Assembly (NCBI GenBank): GCA_963665325.3
Contig: CAXXWS020000003.1
Coordinates: 768,001 to 832,000, forward strand
Length of the DNA: 64,000 nt
Direction of reading: 5' to 3'
Source of the DNA: Alphaproteobacteria bacterium
GTDB taxonomy: Bacteria; Pseudomonadota; Alphaproteobacteria; Bin95
Shown here: positions 11,201 to 20,908 of the stretch, piece after piece
How the letters are laid out: the number at the start of each line of letters is the position of its first letter
Position numbering within the stretch: position 1 is the stretch's first letter
Notes under the pieces: generated by a model
Told to the model about the DNA's origin: nothing
The model's database searches: none
What the model saw: only the letters and a program-made list of their open reading frames with translations
Position numbers and translations under genes: made by a program

Positions 11201-11870
11201 GGAAAAGTGGCTCAGAGGCGCCGACCCGTTGTTGCCGGTCACCTTCGACCACGAAACTGCTGCCGCCGAGCCCAAGGCCGTCTATCTCAACGTCCTGCAT
11301 CCCCTGGTCAGGCAGGCGGCGCGGCACCTGCAACGTTCCCAAGCGGTGCAGGTGAGTCTGATCGCCTCAAGCGAAGCTGTCCCACCGGGCGAATATCCCT
11401 TCGCCCTTTACCAGTGGCGCAATGTCGGCATTCGCTCCAATGACACGCTGATGGCGGTCACCTCAGACCCCGAGCTCGACAGCGCAGTGATGTCCCTGTT
11501 GGAAGTCGCGGCCGACGCGCCCACCGGCACCCCACCCGACGCCGCTGCAATCGAACGGCTCGACAAGAGGCACCACGGTGAATGGCGCGCCGCGCGCGCA
11601 AACCATATGGCGGAGAACCGGGAACTCGTTCAACACCGACGGCAAAGCCTGAGCACCAGCCACGGGGCCCGATGCAAGCTGTTGGAGGACCAGATCGGAA
11701 CCGCGACGAATGACAAGATTCGCCGGATGAAGGAAGGTGAATTGGCGCGCGCCAACTATGACTATGAGCACCGGGTCGCCGAGTTGGAGAGGCTGGCGGA
11801 AAGCGCCGACATCCACGCCACCTTGATCGTCGAAGGCATGCTTCGAGTCACGCGGGACGACGTGGCGTGA
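8286..11870 (+). CDS. SNF2/RapA-like helicase with N-terminal Swt1-like HEPN domain
   Basis: N-terminal [10 protein letters not shown]...VRNRWAH; helicase motifs [58 protein letters not shown]. Confidence 0.88.
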   Translation: [1194 protein letters not shown]

Positions 11871-14800
11871 GCGTCATTGAACGGGTTCGCCAGGACCGCG
11901 AGGATCTTGCCCGCGTCCTGAAGAAACATGCCGGTATCCGCAGGATCGTCGAAGACCTCTATCCGGATTCCGCGCATTTCATATACGAGTTGCTCCAGAA
12001 CGCCGAGGACACAGGGGCGACCGAGGCCGCATTCGTCCTTACCGCGGACAGACTCGTGTTCGAGCACAACGGCCGCACGTTCGACGAAGCCGACATCCGC
12101 GCCATCACCGATATCGGGGAGGGCACCAAGGCGGAGGACGACGAGCAGATCGGCCGCTTCGGCATCGGCTTCAAGGCTGTGTTCGCCTACACGGAGACGC
12201 CGCGCATCTGGTCGCCGAGCTATGCCTTCGAGATTTCCGAAATGGTGCTCCCGTCGGAGATTCCATCGGACCCGAGCCTGGGCGATCGCACGCGGTTCGA
12301 GTTCCCGTTCAACTCTGGAAAGAAGCCACAAGACCAAGCCTTCTCTGAGGTGCAGGACGGCCTGGAAGAGATTTCCGACAACACGTTGCTGTTCCTCTCC
12401 AACATCGAAGAGATCCAGTGGCGGATCGACCGCGGTCGGGAAGGCCGGCTGCTCCGAATACTGCACACGGATCATCACATCGAGATTCTTCGGGAGATCG
12501 ACGGCAGGCCGACCGAAAGTGCAAGTTTCCTCCGCTTCACTGAACCGGTCGACGGATTAGAGCGCCAACACGCTGCCGTCGCCTTCGAACTCGAGCCCGT
12601 GTCCAGGAACGACCCGTTAATCGGGCTCACCCCCTTCGCAAAGAAGTTTCGGATTGCTCCCTCGGAACGTGGATGCGTCGCGGTCTATTTCACGGCAGCG
12701 AAGGAAACTTCGAATCTGCGCTTCCATCTCCACGCGCCGTTCGTCCCGGAACTCAGCCGCTCCAGCATCAAGGAGACGCCGGCGAACGCCCCGCTCTTCG
12801 CACAACTCGCCGGGCTCGCGTCGGAATCGCTGTCGTCAATCCGCGATCTCGGCCTGCTCGACCGGGAGTTTCTCGCCGTCTTGCCGAACAGCCAGGATGA
12901 AATCCCCGGCCAGTACGCGCCCATCCGCGACGCCATCGTCGACGCGATGAACGAACGCACGCTTACTCCCAAGCACACCGGCGGCCATGCCCCGGCCGGC
13001 CGATTGCTGCAGGCGGAGGCCGGATTGAAGGATCTGCTGGATCGCGAGGACATCCACTTCCTGGTCGACACCGACGACGACCCGCGAGACTGGGCGATCG
13101 CCGCGACGCAAAGAAACAGCCGTGTCGACCGCTTCCTCCGCGGTCTCGATATCCAGCAATGGGGAGTGGAACAGTTCGTGGAGGTCCTGGACGAGCGTTT
13201 CTCCAACAAACGCCGACTCTGTTATTCGACCTACACCTGGAAGCAGGGGCCCGACGGTCCGTTTCTCGACTGGATGCGCCCGAAACCGGCAGAGTGGCAC
13301 CGCGCACTGTATGCCCTTTTTCATCGGGAACTGGAAGACGAGCTGAACCTCTTCGACCAAATCTGCATCGTCAGGCGCTCGGACGGCGAATATGGGACTG
13401 GCTGCGAATCCTACTTCCCGACCCCTGAGACTCGCGAAGACCCCATTCATCCCCGCGTCGCAGAAGACACATATGCAGGTGGAGGAACTAGAACCGAGCA
13501 GACGCGCGCCAGGGCATTCCTGGAAGGCGTCGGCGTCCGCGAGGTGGGAGAATTCCAGCAGATTGAGGCTATTCTCGAACGGCGATATGCGGACCCCGCC
13601 CGCGTCCCACCCTGGCAGACCCATCAATCCGACCTGAGGCGCTTCATAGCCCTCGTGGAAAAGGACCGGAGCGCGAGCACCCTCTTCAAGAACTATTTCA
13701 TCTTTCAGGGAGCCAACCGTCTCTGGTCCCGACCAAGCGATCTGTACCTCGATGCGCCTTATCTCGAAACCGGGCTGAAAGCCTACTACGGCCCCTTCGC
13801 GCCAGAGGCCAGCCGCGCGGAATTGTCGGACGGCTATCGCACCTTCGAGATGCTACCGCAGCTTATCAAGTTCGCGCAGATGTGTGGCGCCACCAACCGA
13901 TTACCAATTGCGACCGTCAGTTGCACCGACAACCCCGAAAAGGAACATCTACTCAGTGCTCCAGGGTCAGTTCTGACCCAAACCGGAATCGACACCGACT
14001 TTGCAATTCCCAAGCTCGACGTCATGTTCGAGACACCGAATCTGGCTCTTTCCTGTCTCGTCTGGAACGCCCTATGTGACCGTTCGCACGACAAGAGCAT
14101 CCTGAAGGCCACCTTTCGATACAACCAATCCAACTACCATCACTCGGCCGACTCGCAGCTCGTTCACCAGTTGCGTAACGCTGCCTGGGTTCCTCAGGGA
14201 GACGATGTATTCGTTCACCCCGCAGAGGCCCTGAGAGATTTGCTGCCTGACGGCTTCCCGTTCGATCCCGGTTGGGCCTGGCTGACTGCCATCCGCTTCG
14301 GCGAAGAGACCGAAAAGCGGGCCGCGTACCTTCGCAGGACCCAGGAAATCGCTGTCGAACTCGGCTTTCGAGACGAGGCCGCGCTCGCAGACGGCATGCG
14401 ATTTGCGGATCTGGCGCCAGATACTCGGCAGAGAATCCTTGCAGAGTACGAGAGTCAGGTCGACTTGCCCGTCCACGAACCCGGAAATCCCGACCGAAGG
14501 GCCGAATCAGTTCGGGAAAATGCTCGCCAAGCGCCTGAGCGTAGAACCGAGAGGCGTGAGCGAGCCGTTTCCGTCAACCGCGATCCGACCAAGAGAGAAG
14601 AAACTGCTCCCTATCTGCGGGAACTCTATACCAACGCCGACGGCGTTACCATCTGCCAAGCGTGCAAAGATCGCCTCCCCTTCAGGCTTGCCGATGGAAC
14701 CTACTTCTTCGAGGCGGTGGAGTTTCTCCCGGACCTGGAGCGGCACCACTATCAGAACTACCTCGCCCTATGCCCGAATCATGCGGCTATGTTCATGCAC

Positions 14801-14956
14801 GCCAACGCCTCGAAGGACGAGATGACGGCCGGGTTTCTCGCCCTGGATGGCAACGAACTGACGTTGACGCTCGCCGACAAACCGGTGACCGTCTATTTCA
14901 CCGACACGCATATCGCTGATCTCGCCGTCGTCATCGACGTCGACGACCAAGACTAA
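11867..14956 (+). CDS. Sacsin/NOV-like GHKL ATPase with C-terminal HNH-like zinc-binding nuclease domain
   Basis: YELLQNAED, EHNGRTF, IGRFGIGFKAVF, FHLHAPF; C-terminal CQAC...NYLALCPNH; GTGA overlap with the helicase stop. Confidence 0.82.
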   Translation: MSVIERVRQDREDLARVLKKHAGIRRIVEDLYPDSAHFIYELLQNAEDTGATEAAFVLTADRLVFEHNGRTFDEADIRAITDIGEGTKAEDDEQIGRFGIGFKAVFAYTETPRIWSPSYAFEISEMVLPSEIPSDPSLGDRTRFEFPFNSGKKPQDQAFSEVQDGLEEISDNTLLFLSNIEEIQWRIDRGREGRLLRILHTDHHIEILREIDGRPTESASFLRFTEPVDGLERQHAAVAFELEPVSRNDPLIGLTPFAKKFRIAPSERGCVAVYFTAAKETSNLRFHLHAPFVPELSRSSIKETPANAPLFAQLAGLASESLSSIRDLGLLDREFLAVLPNSQDEIPGQYAPIRDAIVDAMNERTLTPKHTGGHAPAGRLLQAEAGLKDLLDREDIHFLVDTDDDPRDWAIAATQRNSRVDRFLRGLDIQQWGVEQFVEVLDERFSNKRRLCYSTYTWKQGPDGPFLDWMRPKPAEWHRALYALFHRELEDELNLFDQICIVRRSDGEYGTGCESYFPTPETREDPIHPRVAEDTYAGGGTRTEQTRARAFLEGVGVREVGEFQQIEAILERRYADPARVPPWQTHQSDLRRFIALVEKDRSASTLFKNYFIFQGANRLWSRPSDLYLDAPYLETGLKAYYGPFAPEASRAELSDGYRTFEMLPQLIKFAQMCGATNRLPIATVSCTDNPEKEHLLSAPGSVLTQTGIDTDFAIPKLDVMFETPNLALSCLVWNALCDRSHDKSILKATFRYNQSNYHHSADSQLVHQLRNAAWVPQGDDVFVHPAEALRDLLPDGFPFDPGWAWLTAIRFGEETEKRAAYLRRTQEIAVELGFRDEAALADGMRFADLAPDTRQRILAEYESQVDLPVHEPGNPDRRAESVRENARQAPERRTERRERAVSVNRDPTKREETAPYLRELYTNADGVTICQACKDRLPFRLADGTYFFEAVEFLPDLERHHYQNYLALCPNHAAMFMHANASKDEMTAGFLALDGNELTLTLADKPVTVYFTDTHIADLAVVIDVDDQD

Positions 14957-15237
14957 CTCTATTTTCCTCCTGCTCCTGCCGGAGTGCGAAGGGCGCGCGA
15001 CTCCCTAACGACCAGCGCACCGACCCCACCCTCTCGGCGGCCGTCGTTCTCTTCCTGCCCCGACCGGCATCCCGGTTGCTCAGCCCACGTCTTCACTCGT
15101 CACTCCTCGGTCCGCCTGAGCCGCGCCTCGCAGCACCTCCACCGACTGCGACACCGGCCGCCTGCCCGGCATTCCATCTCGTTTCGCGACACGCGACCTG
15201 AATCGGGAACGGCGGTCGGACTCCGGGCGCGCCGGAT

Positions 15238-15526
15238 CTACGACGCGCTCCCCGCGTTCACGGCATCCCTCAACGGCTTGCCGGGCTTGAACGTCGGTGC
15301 CGGTCGAGGCGGCGATGTTCAGGCTCTCGCCGGTCCTTGGATTGCGCCCTGTGCGCGCGGTACGGCTTCTGGTGCCGAAGGTGCCGAAGCCGGCGATCCG
15401 CACATCCTCGCCACTGGCCAGCGAGTCGCCGATCGCCTCGAACACGGTGTCGACCGCCGCTTCGGCCTCGGCCTTGCGCAGCCCCAGCCTGGCCGCCACC
15501 AGGCCGCCGATGTCCGCCTTGTTCAT
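15238..15526 (-). pseudogene. hup: HU-family DNA-binding protein with a +1 frameshift near 15300 (pseudogene or sequencing error)
   Basis: MNKADIGG...GFGTF...RTGRNPRTGE; removing one G restores the canonical end APTFKPGKPLRDAVN*; span is 289 nt = 3n+1. Confidence 0.8.
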
Positions 15527-15832
15527 CCCTCGCTCCCTGTAGCGCCGCCGGCGGGCGATGCGCACCAAATTCCCGACCGCGCGCCACCGACCTCGGACGC
15601 GACGCACTCCGGCAGGATCCACGCGAGACAAACACCTATCGTGTAACGCCCCCGATTCCCATCCCGCCGGCCCCTGCATCCCATTTTCACGCGACCGCCC
15701 ATTCGCTCCGTCCACGCACTACGGGCAGCGGCGGTGCATCCGCCCCGGAAGGAGGCCGTGGCCAGCCTCTGTCGGGGCGCATTCGGGGGCCGGAGAGCGG
15801 TTTCCGCACACCGCCAACCGGGAGACCCGTCC

Positions 15833-16690
15833 ATGGCCGCCGATCCCACCGACATTCGCGTTCCTTCCGAGTGCAGGGAAATGATCCGGGCCGGCGCTCT
15901 CGTGGCGGTCAATCACAGCGGTGGCAAGGACTCCCAGGCCATGACGATCCTGCTGTCCAGCATCGTTCCCCGCGATCGGCTCATTGTAGTTCACGCCCCT
16001 CTCGGCGAGGTCGAGTGGCCCGGCACGATCGAGCATATCGAGAACACGATTCCCCAGGGAGCTCCGCTCATCATGGCCCCCGTTGCCTCCGGAAAGACCC
16101 TGCTCGAACAGGTGGAGGCGAGGGGGATGTGGCCGTCGGGATCAGCCAGGTGGTGCACGTCGGGCACAAAACGCGGACCCATCGAGCGCGAACTGCGCCG
16201 CTATCTGAAAGCCCATCCGCGCTTCAAGGGACGGCTCGTCAACGCCCTCGGGCTTCGCCGCGACGAGAGCCACGACCGCGCGCGCCGCGTCCCCTGGCGG
16301 CGCAACGAGCGCATGAGCGTTGCCGGACGGGAGGTCTTCGACTGGCTGCCCGTTTTCGAACTCGCGACCGAGGACGTGTTCCGCATCATCGCCGAGGCCG
16401 GCCAGTCGCCGCACCCGGTCTACTCGTTCGGGCTGACGCGCTGCTCGTGCTCGTTCTGCATCTTCTCGTCGCGTTCCGACCTGCGCCGCGCGGCGGAGCT
16501 CCGTCCGGACCTCTACGCAAAATACGCGCAACTCGAACGGCGCATCGCCCACACGCTCTCGCCCACACGGAAGTATCTGCCGGAGCTGACCGGCATTCCG
16601 GTCGATAGCGCTGTCCGCACGCCGCTTCGGCCCCGAGGCCGCAAAGGGGATTGCCCGCGGCGACCCCGGGCCCGGTCAGTTTCGAGCTAG
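15833..16690 (+). CDS. PAPS-reductase-family (CysH/DndC-like) protein
   Basis: PP-loop SGGKDS, RWCT..K, G.R..ES..R and RCSCSFCI cysteine cluster. Confidence 0.82.
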   Translation: MAADPTDIRVPSECREMIRAGALVAVNHSGGKDSQAMTILLSSIVPRDRLIVVHAPLGEVEWPGTIEHIENTIPQGAPLIMAPVASGKTLLEQVEARGMWPSGSARWCTSGTKRGPIERELRRYLKAHPRFKGRLVNALGLRRDESHDRARRVPWRRNERMSVAGREVFDWLPVFELATEDVFRIIAEAGQSPHPVYSFGLTRCSCSFCIFSSRSDLRRAAELRPDLYAKYAQLERRIAHTLSPTRKYLPELTGIPVDSAVRTPLRPRGRKGDCPRRPRARSVSS

Positions 16691-16966
16691 CGGTGCCCCG
16701 TACCGGGCGGTCTCCCAGACCGCGCGGCTCTCCGGGTGGCGGCGCATCCAGTCGCGGTAGCCGTCCATCTTCCGCTTCCAGTCGATCTTGCCGCCCACAT
16801 ATTCGCCGGTTTCATCGATGACGCCGCACTCAAGCTCCGCCGCCGTCAGGTGCCACCACATGTCGACGTCGGCGGCGAGCTGCTCCTCGCTGATGCCATC
16901 ATGCGCCAGCATCTTCGCGCAGAGGGCGCGCGCGACGGCCTCGATGTTGTCGCTCCAGCTTGCCAT
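16676..16966 (-). CDS. Small hypothetical protein (96 aa)
   Basis: MASWSDNIEAVARALC...; protein-like composition and GC3-biased codons. Confidence 0.5.
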   Translation of the reverse strand: MASWSDNIEAVARALCAKMLAHDGISEEQLAADVDMWWHLTAAELECGVIDETGEYVGGKIDWKRKMDGYRDWMRRHPESRAVWETARYGAPLARN

Positions 16967-17214
16967 GCCGCAAGTTAACGCCGTCTCGCCGAGCGCTGCA
17001 AGGCGCCCGTCAACCTCACGCAGCAGCCGCGCCGGGGCCACTTGCGCCGTTGTGCGCGGACGCCGCCGAGCGTCACGCTCCAGCGTCACCCCCAAACCGT
17101 CATCCGGCCAGCCCGATGCCGTCCATCCACCCGGAGTGGAGGCCGGCTCCGGCGGGGGCGAAGGCCGGGCGCCCGGAGGAGGCGGCCCGCGCCGCTTTCC
17201 CGCCATTCCGGAGC

Positions 17215-18246
17215 ATGCCCATGACCTTGCCTGAGACCATCTCCGCCGACTACACGCTGCGCCCGAGCGAGCTCGCCGAGGTGCTCGCCCTGCTGGTCGA
17301 GGCCCGACAGCCCACGATGGTGTGGGGACCGCCAGGGGCGGCCAAGTCGATGATCGCCCGGCAGGTCGCCACGACCGCCAACCGCCAATATGTCGACGTC
17401 CGGGCGCTTCTCCTCGACCCCGTGGACCTGCGCGGCATCCCGTGGCGCGACAGCGCCGACCGCACGCGCTGGGCGCCGCCGGTGTTTCTGCCGCCATCGG
17501 ACGATCCCGGTCTCTGGCTCATCAACCTTGAAGAGCTACCGTCGGCGGTGCCGATGGTGCAGGCCGCCCTCTACCAGCTCTTCCTGGAGCGCAAATGCGG
17601 CGAGTACGCGCTGCCCGAGGGCGCATCGTTGATCGCCTGCGGCAACCGGGATGCCGACCGCGCCGTCGTCCACCGCATGCCGACGCCGCTCAGCAACCGC
17701 CTGGTCCATCTGGAGATCCGCGTCGACGCGAAAGACTGGTGCGCCTGGGGCGCGGCGAACGGGATCGCCCCGGAAGTGCTGTTCTTCATCGAGCTCGAAC
17801 CCGACCTGCTTCACGCCTTCGAGCCCCAGTCGAAGGAGCACGCCTTCCCGAGCCCCCGCAGCTGGGAGTTCGCCAGCAACATCGTCAAGTACCGCAACGG
17901 CCTCGATCCGGAGGTCGAGCGGGCACTGTTCCGGGGCACGGTCGGCGAGGCCGCGGCGGTGCAGTTCACCGCGTTCCTGAAGGTCTGGCGCGAGCTGCCC
18001 CATCCGAGGGCCGTCATCAACGACCCGACGAACGCCGACATCCCGGAGAACGCCAGCACGCTGATGGCGCTCTGCGGCTCGCTCTACCGCATGGCCTCCG
18101 ACGTCACGCTCGATGCGATCGTCACCTACGCCACCCGGCTCCGCCGCGAGGTCGGAGAATCGCTGGTCGGCGCCTGCGTGCGCCGCGAGCCGGCGCTCCA
18201 GCGCTCACCCGCCTTCATCCGCTGGGCGGCGGCTAGGACCCAGTGA
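17215..18246 (+). CDS. MoxR-like AAA+ ATPase
   Basis: WGPPGAAKS Walker A variant, LINLEEL Walker B, ACGNR...MPTPLSNR, FPSPRSWE. Confidence 0.85.
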   Translation: MPMTLPETISADYTLRPSELAEVLALLVEARQPTMVWGPPGAAKSMIARQVATTANRQYVDVRALLLDPVDLRGIPWRDSADRTRWAPPVFLPPSDDPGLWLINLEELPSAVPMVQAALYQLFLERKCGEYALPEGASLIACGNRDADRAVVHRMPTPLSNRLVHLEIRVDAKDWCAWGAANGIAPEVLFFIELEPDLLHAFEPQSKEHAFPSPRSWEFASNIVKYRNGLDPEVERALFRGTVGEAAAVQFTAFLKVWRELPHPRAVINDPTNADIPENASTLMALCGSLYRMASDVTLDAIVTYATRLRREVGESLVGACVRREPALQRSPAFIRWAAARTQ

Positions 18247-18409
18247 AGGAGGACGCCATGTACTGATGGATCACACACCGCCCGGCGGGGGATGTCCCGT
18301 CGCGCAGGTACGCCGTGCGGGCCCCGAGCCTCGACGCGGCCAGGCGGAAGCTTGCCGCCTTTCTCGACGTCCCCGTGTGGACGCTCCGCTAACCCGAGAG
18401 GAGGATTTC

Positions 18410-19324
18410 ATGGACCTCAACCGCGACGCCATGCTGGTCGGCCTGCACATCGCCGCCTGGTCCGGCCGGCTCTACGACCGCCAGGCGAGCGACCACGTCG
18501 CCGTCGCCCACGAAGCCTCGACCGGCGCCGGGCGCTACAACAAGCGCCTGCTGCCCAAGGCCGCCTTCGCCGCCCTCACCGCCACCATGAGCGAAGCGAG
18601 AACCAGGCACTATGCCAACTCGCTGCCCTGGGACGACAAGGGCGCGCGGCTGCTGACGGTCGCCAACTACGAGCACTACACCGAGCTGATGGACGGGCTG
18701 CGCGAGCGCGTGGTGCGCCAGCGCGCCCGCTTCATCGAGGACTACGACGACTATGTCGACCAGTCCCGGCTCGACCTCGGCAAGCTGTTCCGCATCGAGG
18801 ACTATCCGTCCAAGGAAGACCTCCAGGGCAAGTTCGCCATCCGCTACCGCATCACGCCGGTGCCGGATGCGGACCACTTCATCGCGCAACTCGCCTCCGA
18901 CGACACCGAGCGGGTGAAGCGCGACATCGAGCGCCATGTCGAGGAACAGCTCCATGGTGCGGTGGGCGACCTCTACCGCCGCATGGCCGAGGCGGTCGAA
19001 CGGGTCTCCGAACGGCTTCAGGAGGACGGCGACGGCAAGCCGCTGGTGTTCCGGGATTCGATGATCGGCAACATTCGCGACCTGGTCGACGTGGTTCCGC
19101 GTCTCAACATCTTCGGCGACGACGAGCTCGCCAGTCTCTGCGAGCAGGTGAAGGAGAAGATCGCCATGGTCGAGCCGGACGCGCTGCGGCCGTCGAAGAC
19201 CTTCGACCCGGCGGCCCGGGCCCAGGTCAAGCGCGACGCCGACGCGCTCGCGGAGAAGTTCGCGGGGTATTTCGGGGCGCGCGCCGAACAGCCTGCCGCC
19301 GAGCCCGTGCGGGAGGCCGCCTGA
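18410..19324 (+). CDS. DUF3150-like conserved mobile-element protein
   Basis: L.I..WSG...LPWDDKGARLL...F...Y...DYP; GAGGAGG RBS; position between the AAA and vWA genes is typical of this module. Confidence 0.6.
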   Translation: MDLNRDAMLVGLHIAAWSGRLYDRQASDHVAVAHEASTGAGRYNKRLLPKAAFAALTATMSEARTRHYANSLPWDDKGARLLTVANYEHYTELMDGLRERVVRQRARFIEDYDDYVDQSRLDLGKLFRIEDYPSKEDLQGKFAIRYRITPVPDADHFIAQLASDDTERVKRDIERHVEEQLHGAVGDLYRRMAEAVERVSERLQEDGDGKPLVFRDSMIGNIRDLVDVVPRLNIFGDDELASLCEQVKEKIAMVEPDALRPSKTFDPAARAQVKRDADALAEKFAGYFGARAEQPAAEPVREAA

Positions 19325-20733
19325 TGGCCGCCCGCGTGCATCGGGAATCGGCGCTCCGTGTCAGCGACTGCGTGACGGAGCTGCTGCGCAAGCAGCCCTT
19401 CTTCGGGAGCCTCGTACTACGGCTCCCGCTCCGGCCCGATCCCACCCGCGAGACGCTGGCGACGGACGGGCACGAGATCCGCTACTCGCCCCGCTGGATC
19501 GCGGAGACCGAGGCCCACCTGATCGAGACTGCCATGGCGCGGGTGGTGATGGCGTGCGCGCTCAAGCATCACACCCGCCGGGGCGAACGCGACCCGGAGC
19601 GGTGGCAGATGGCCTCGCAGCTCGTCACCCATGCGCTCATCCGCGACGCCGGGTTCACGCTGCCGCCCGACGCGGAGGCCTGGGACGACCTCAGCGTCGA
19701 GCAGGCCTACGACCGCCTGCCGACACCGGAGGACGGCGATCCCGGGGACGACGGCGACGCATCCTCCGGCGCTGCCGATCCCGGCGTGTCGTCCACCGGC
19801 CAATCCTCGCCGGACGGCGAGGACGATGACACGGGCCACCCGTCCGATTCCGCCGACGCCGCCAATTCCAACGATCGCGGCGAAGGTCAGGACCAGGACG
19901 GCGGCAGTGGCGACCCGGACGAAGGGGACGGCAACGGCCAGAGCCGGGACCGCAACGGCCAGAGCGAGGATGGCGCGTCGGATGCGCCGCCGAGCCACGA
20001 TCCCTCGGGCACCGGGGAAGTCATGGATGCGAGCGCGCGGGCCGGCGACGGCGATGATGAATCCGGCCAAACGCCGGTGGACGTCGCCGCCGAGGAACAG
20101 GCGTGGGACGAGGCGATGCACCAGGCGCTCAACATCGCGAGGGCCGAAGGCAAGGTGCCCGGCCAGGTCGAGGAGACGGTGAAGGGCGCCCATGCCAGCA
20201 TGCTGGACTGGCGCTCGCTGCTGCGGCGCTACATGACCGACGCGGCGAAGAGCGACTACAGCTGGAGCCTCCCCAACCGGCGCTTTATCGACTCCGGCCT
20301 CTACCTGCCCTCGATCCGTTCCGAGGGGATCGAGACGATCGCCGTCATCGTCGACACCTCGGGCTCGCTGCCGGCGGCGACGCTGGCGGCGTTCTGGGCC
20401 GAGCTGCGCGAGGTTGCCGCCGAGATCCGGCCCGGCCGCGTCGTCGTGCTCCAGGTCGACGCCGTGCTGCAGGACGCGGCGGAGTATGTGCCCGACGAGC
20501 TGCCCGAGGAAATCGCGCTGAAGGGGCGGGGCGGCACCGACTTCCGGCCGGGCTTCGAGTGGCTCGACGAGCAGGGAATCCAGCCGGCTGTCTGCCTCTA
20601 TTTCACCGACATGGAGTGCTCGGACTACCCCGAGGCCGAGCCCCCATTCGATGTCGTTTGGGTCAACTGGAGCCACCCGCCGGAGGACTGGAACCGCGAG
20701 CCCTGGGGCGAGCGCATCGACATCGCCACATGA
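19324..20733 (+). CDS. DUF2201-like metallopeptidase-domain plus vWA protein
   Basis: PFFGSL...TLATDG; acidic linker; LDWRSLLRRY; MIDAS-type VDTSGS; GRGGTDFRP; YFTD. Confidence 0.85.
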   Translation: MAARVHRESALRVSDCVTELLRKQPFFGSLVLRLPLRPDPTRETLATDGHEIRYSPRWIAETEAHLIETAMARVVMACALKHHTRRGERDPERWQMASQLVTHALIRDAGFTLPPDAEAWDDLSVEQAYDRLPTPEDGDPGDDGDASSGAADPGVSSTGQSSPDGEDDDTGHPSDSADAANSNDRGEGQDQDGGSGDPDEGDGNGQSRDRNGQSEDGASDAPPSHDPSGTGEVMDASARAGDGDDESGQTPVDVAAEEQAWDEAMHQALNIARAEGKVPGQVEETVKGAHASMLDWRSLLRRYMTDAAKSDYSWSLPNRRFIDSGLYLPSIRSEGIETIAVIVDTSGSLPAATLAAFWAELREVAAEIRPGRVVVLQVDAVLQDAAEYVPDELPEEIALKGRGGTDFRPGFEWLDEQGIQPAVCLYFTDMECSDYPEAEPPFDVVWVNWSHPPEDWNREPWGERIDIAT

Positions 20734-20908
20734 CGTCGCCCCGACACCGCCGCGCCGTTGGAGGAGTGCTGCCGCCGCTCCTCGCCCCTGCCCGCAACAC
20801 CGCCAGGAGAGGAGCCGGGCGGGGGTCCGGGCGACGCGGGCGGGCCGGCGGGGAGCGTTCCCCGACGCCGCCTCAGTTCATTTCCACACACCATCGAGGG
20901 AGGTTCGC

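Noticed and set aside
15833-16690. CysH-like gene as a marker of type IV-B CRISPR or Dnd/Ssp systems
   Set aside because: No csf, dnd or ssp partner genes visible.
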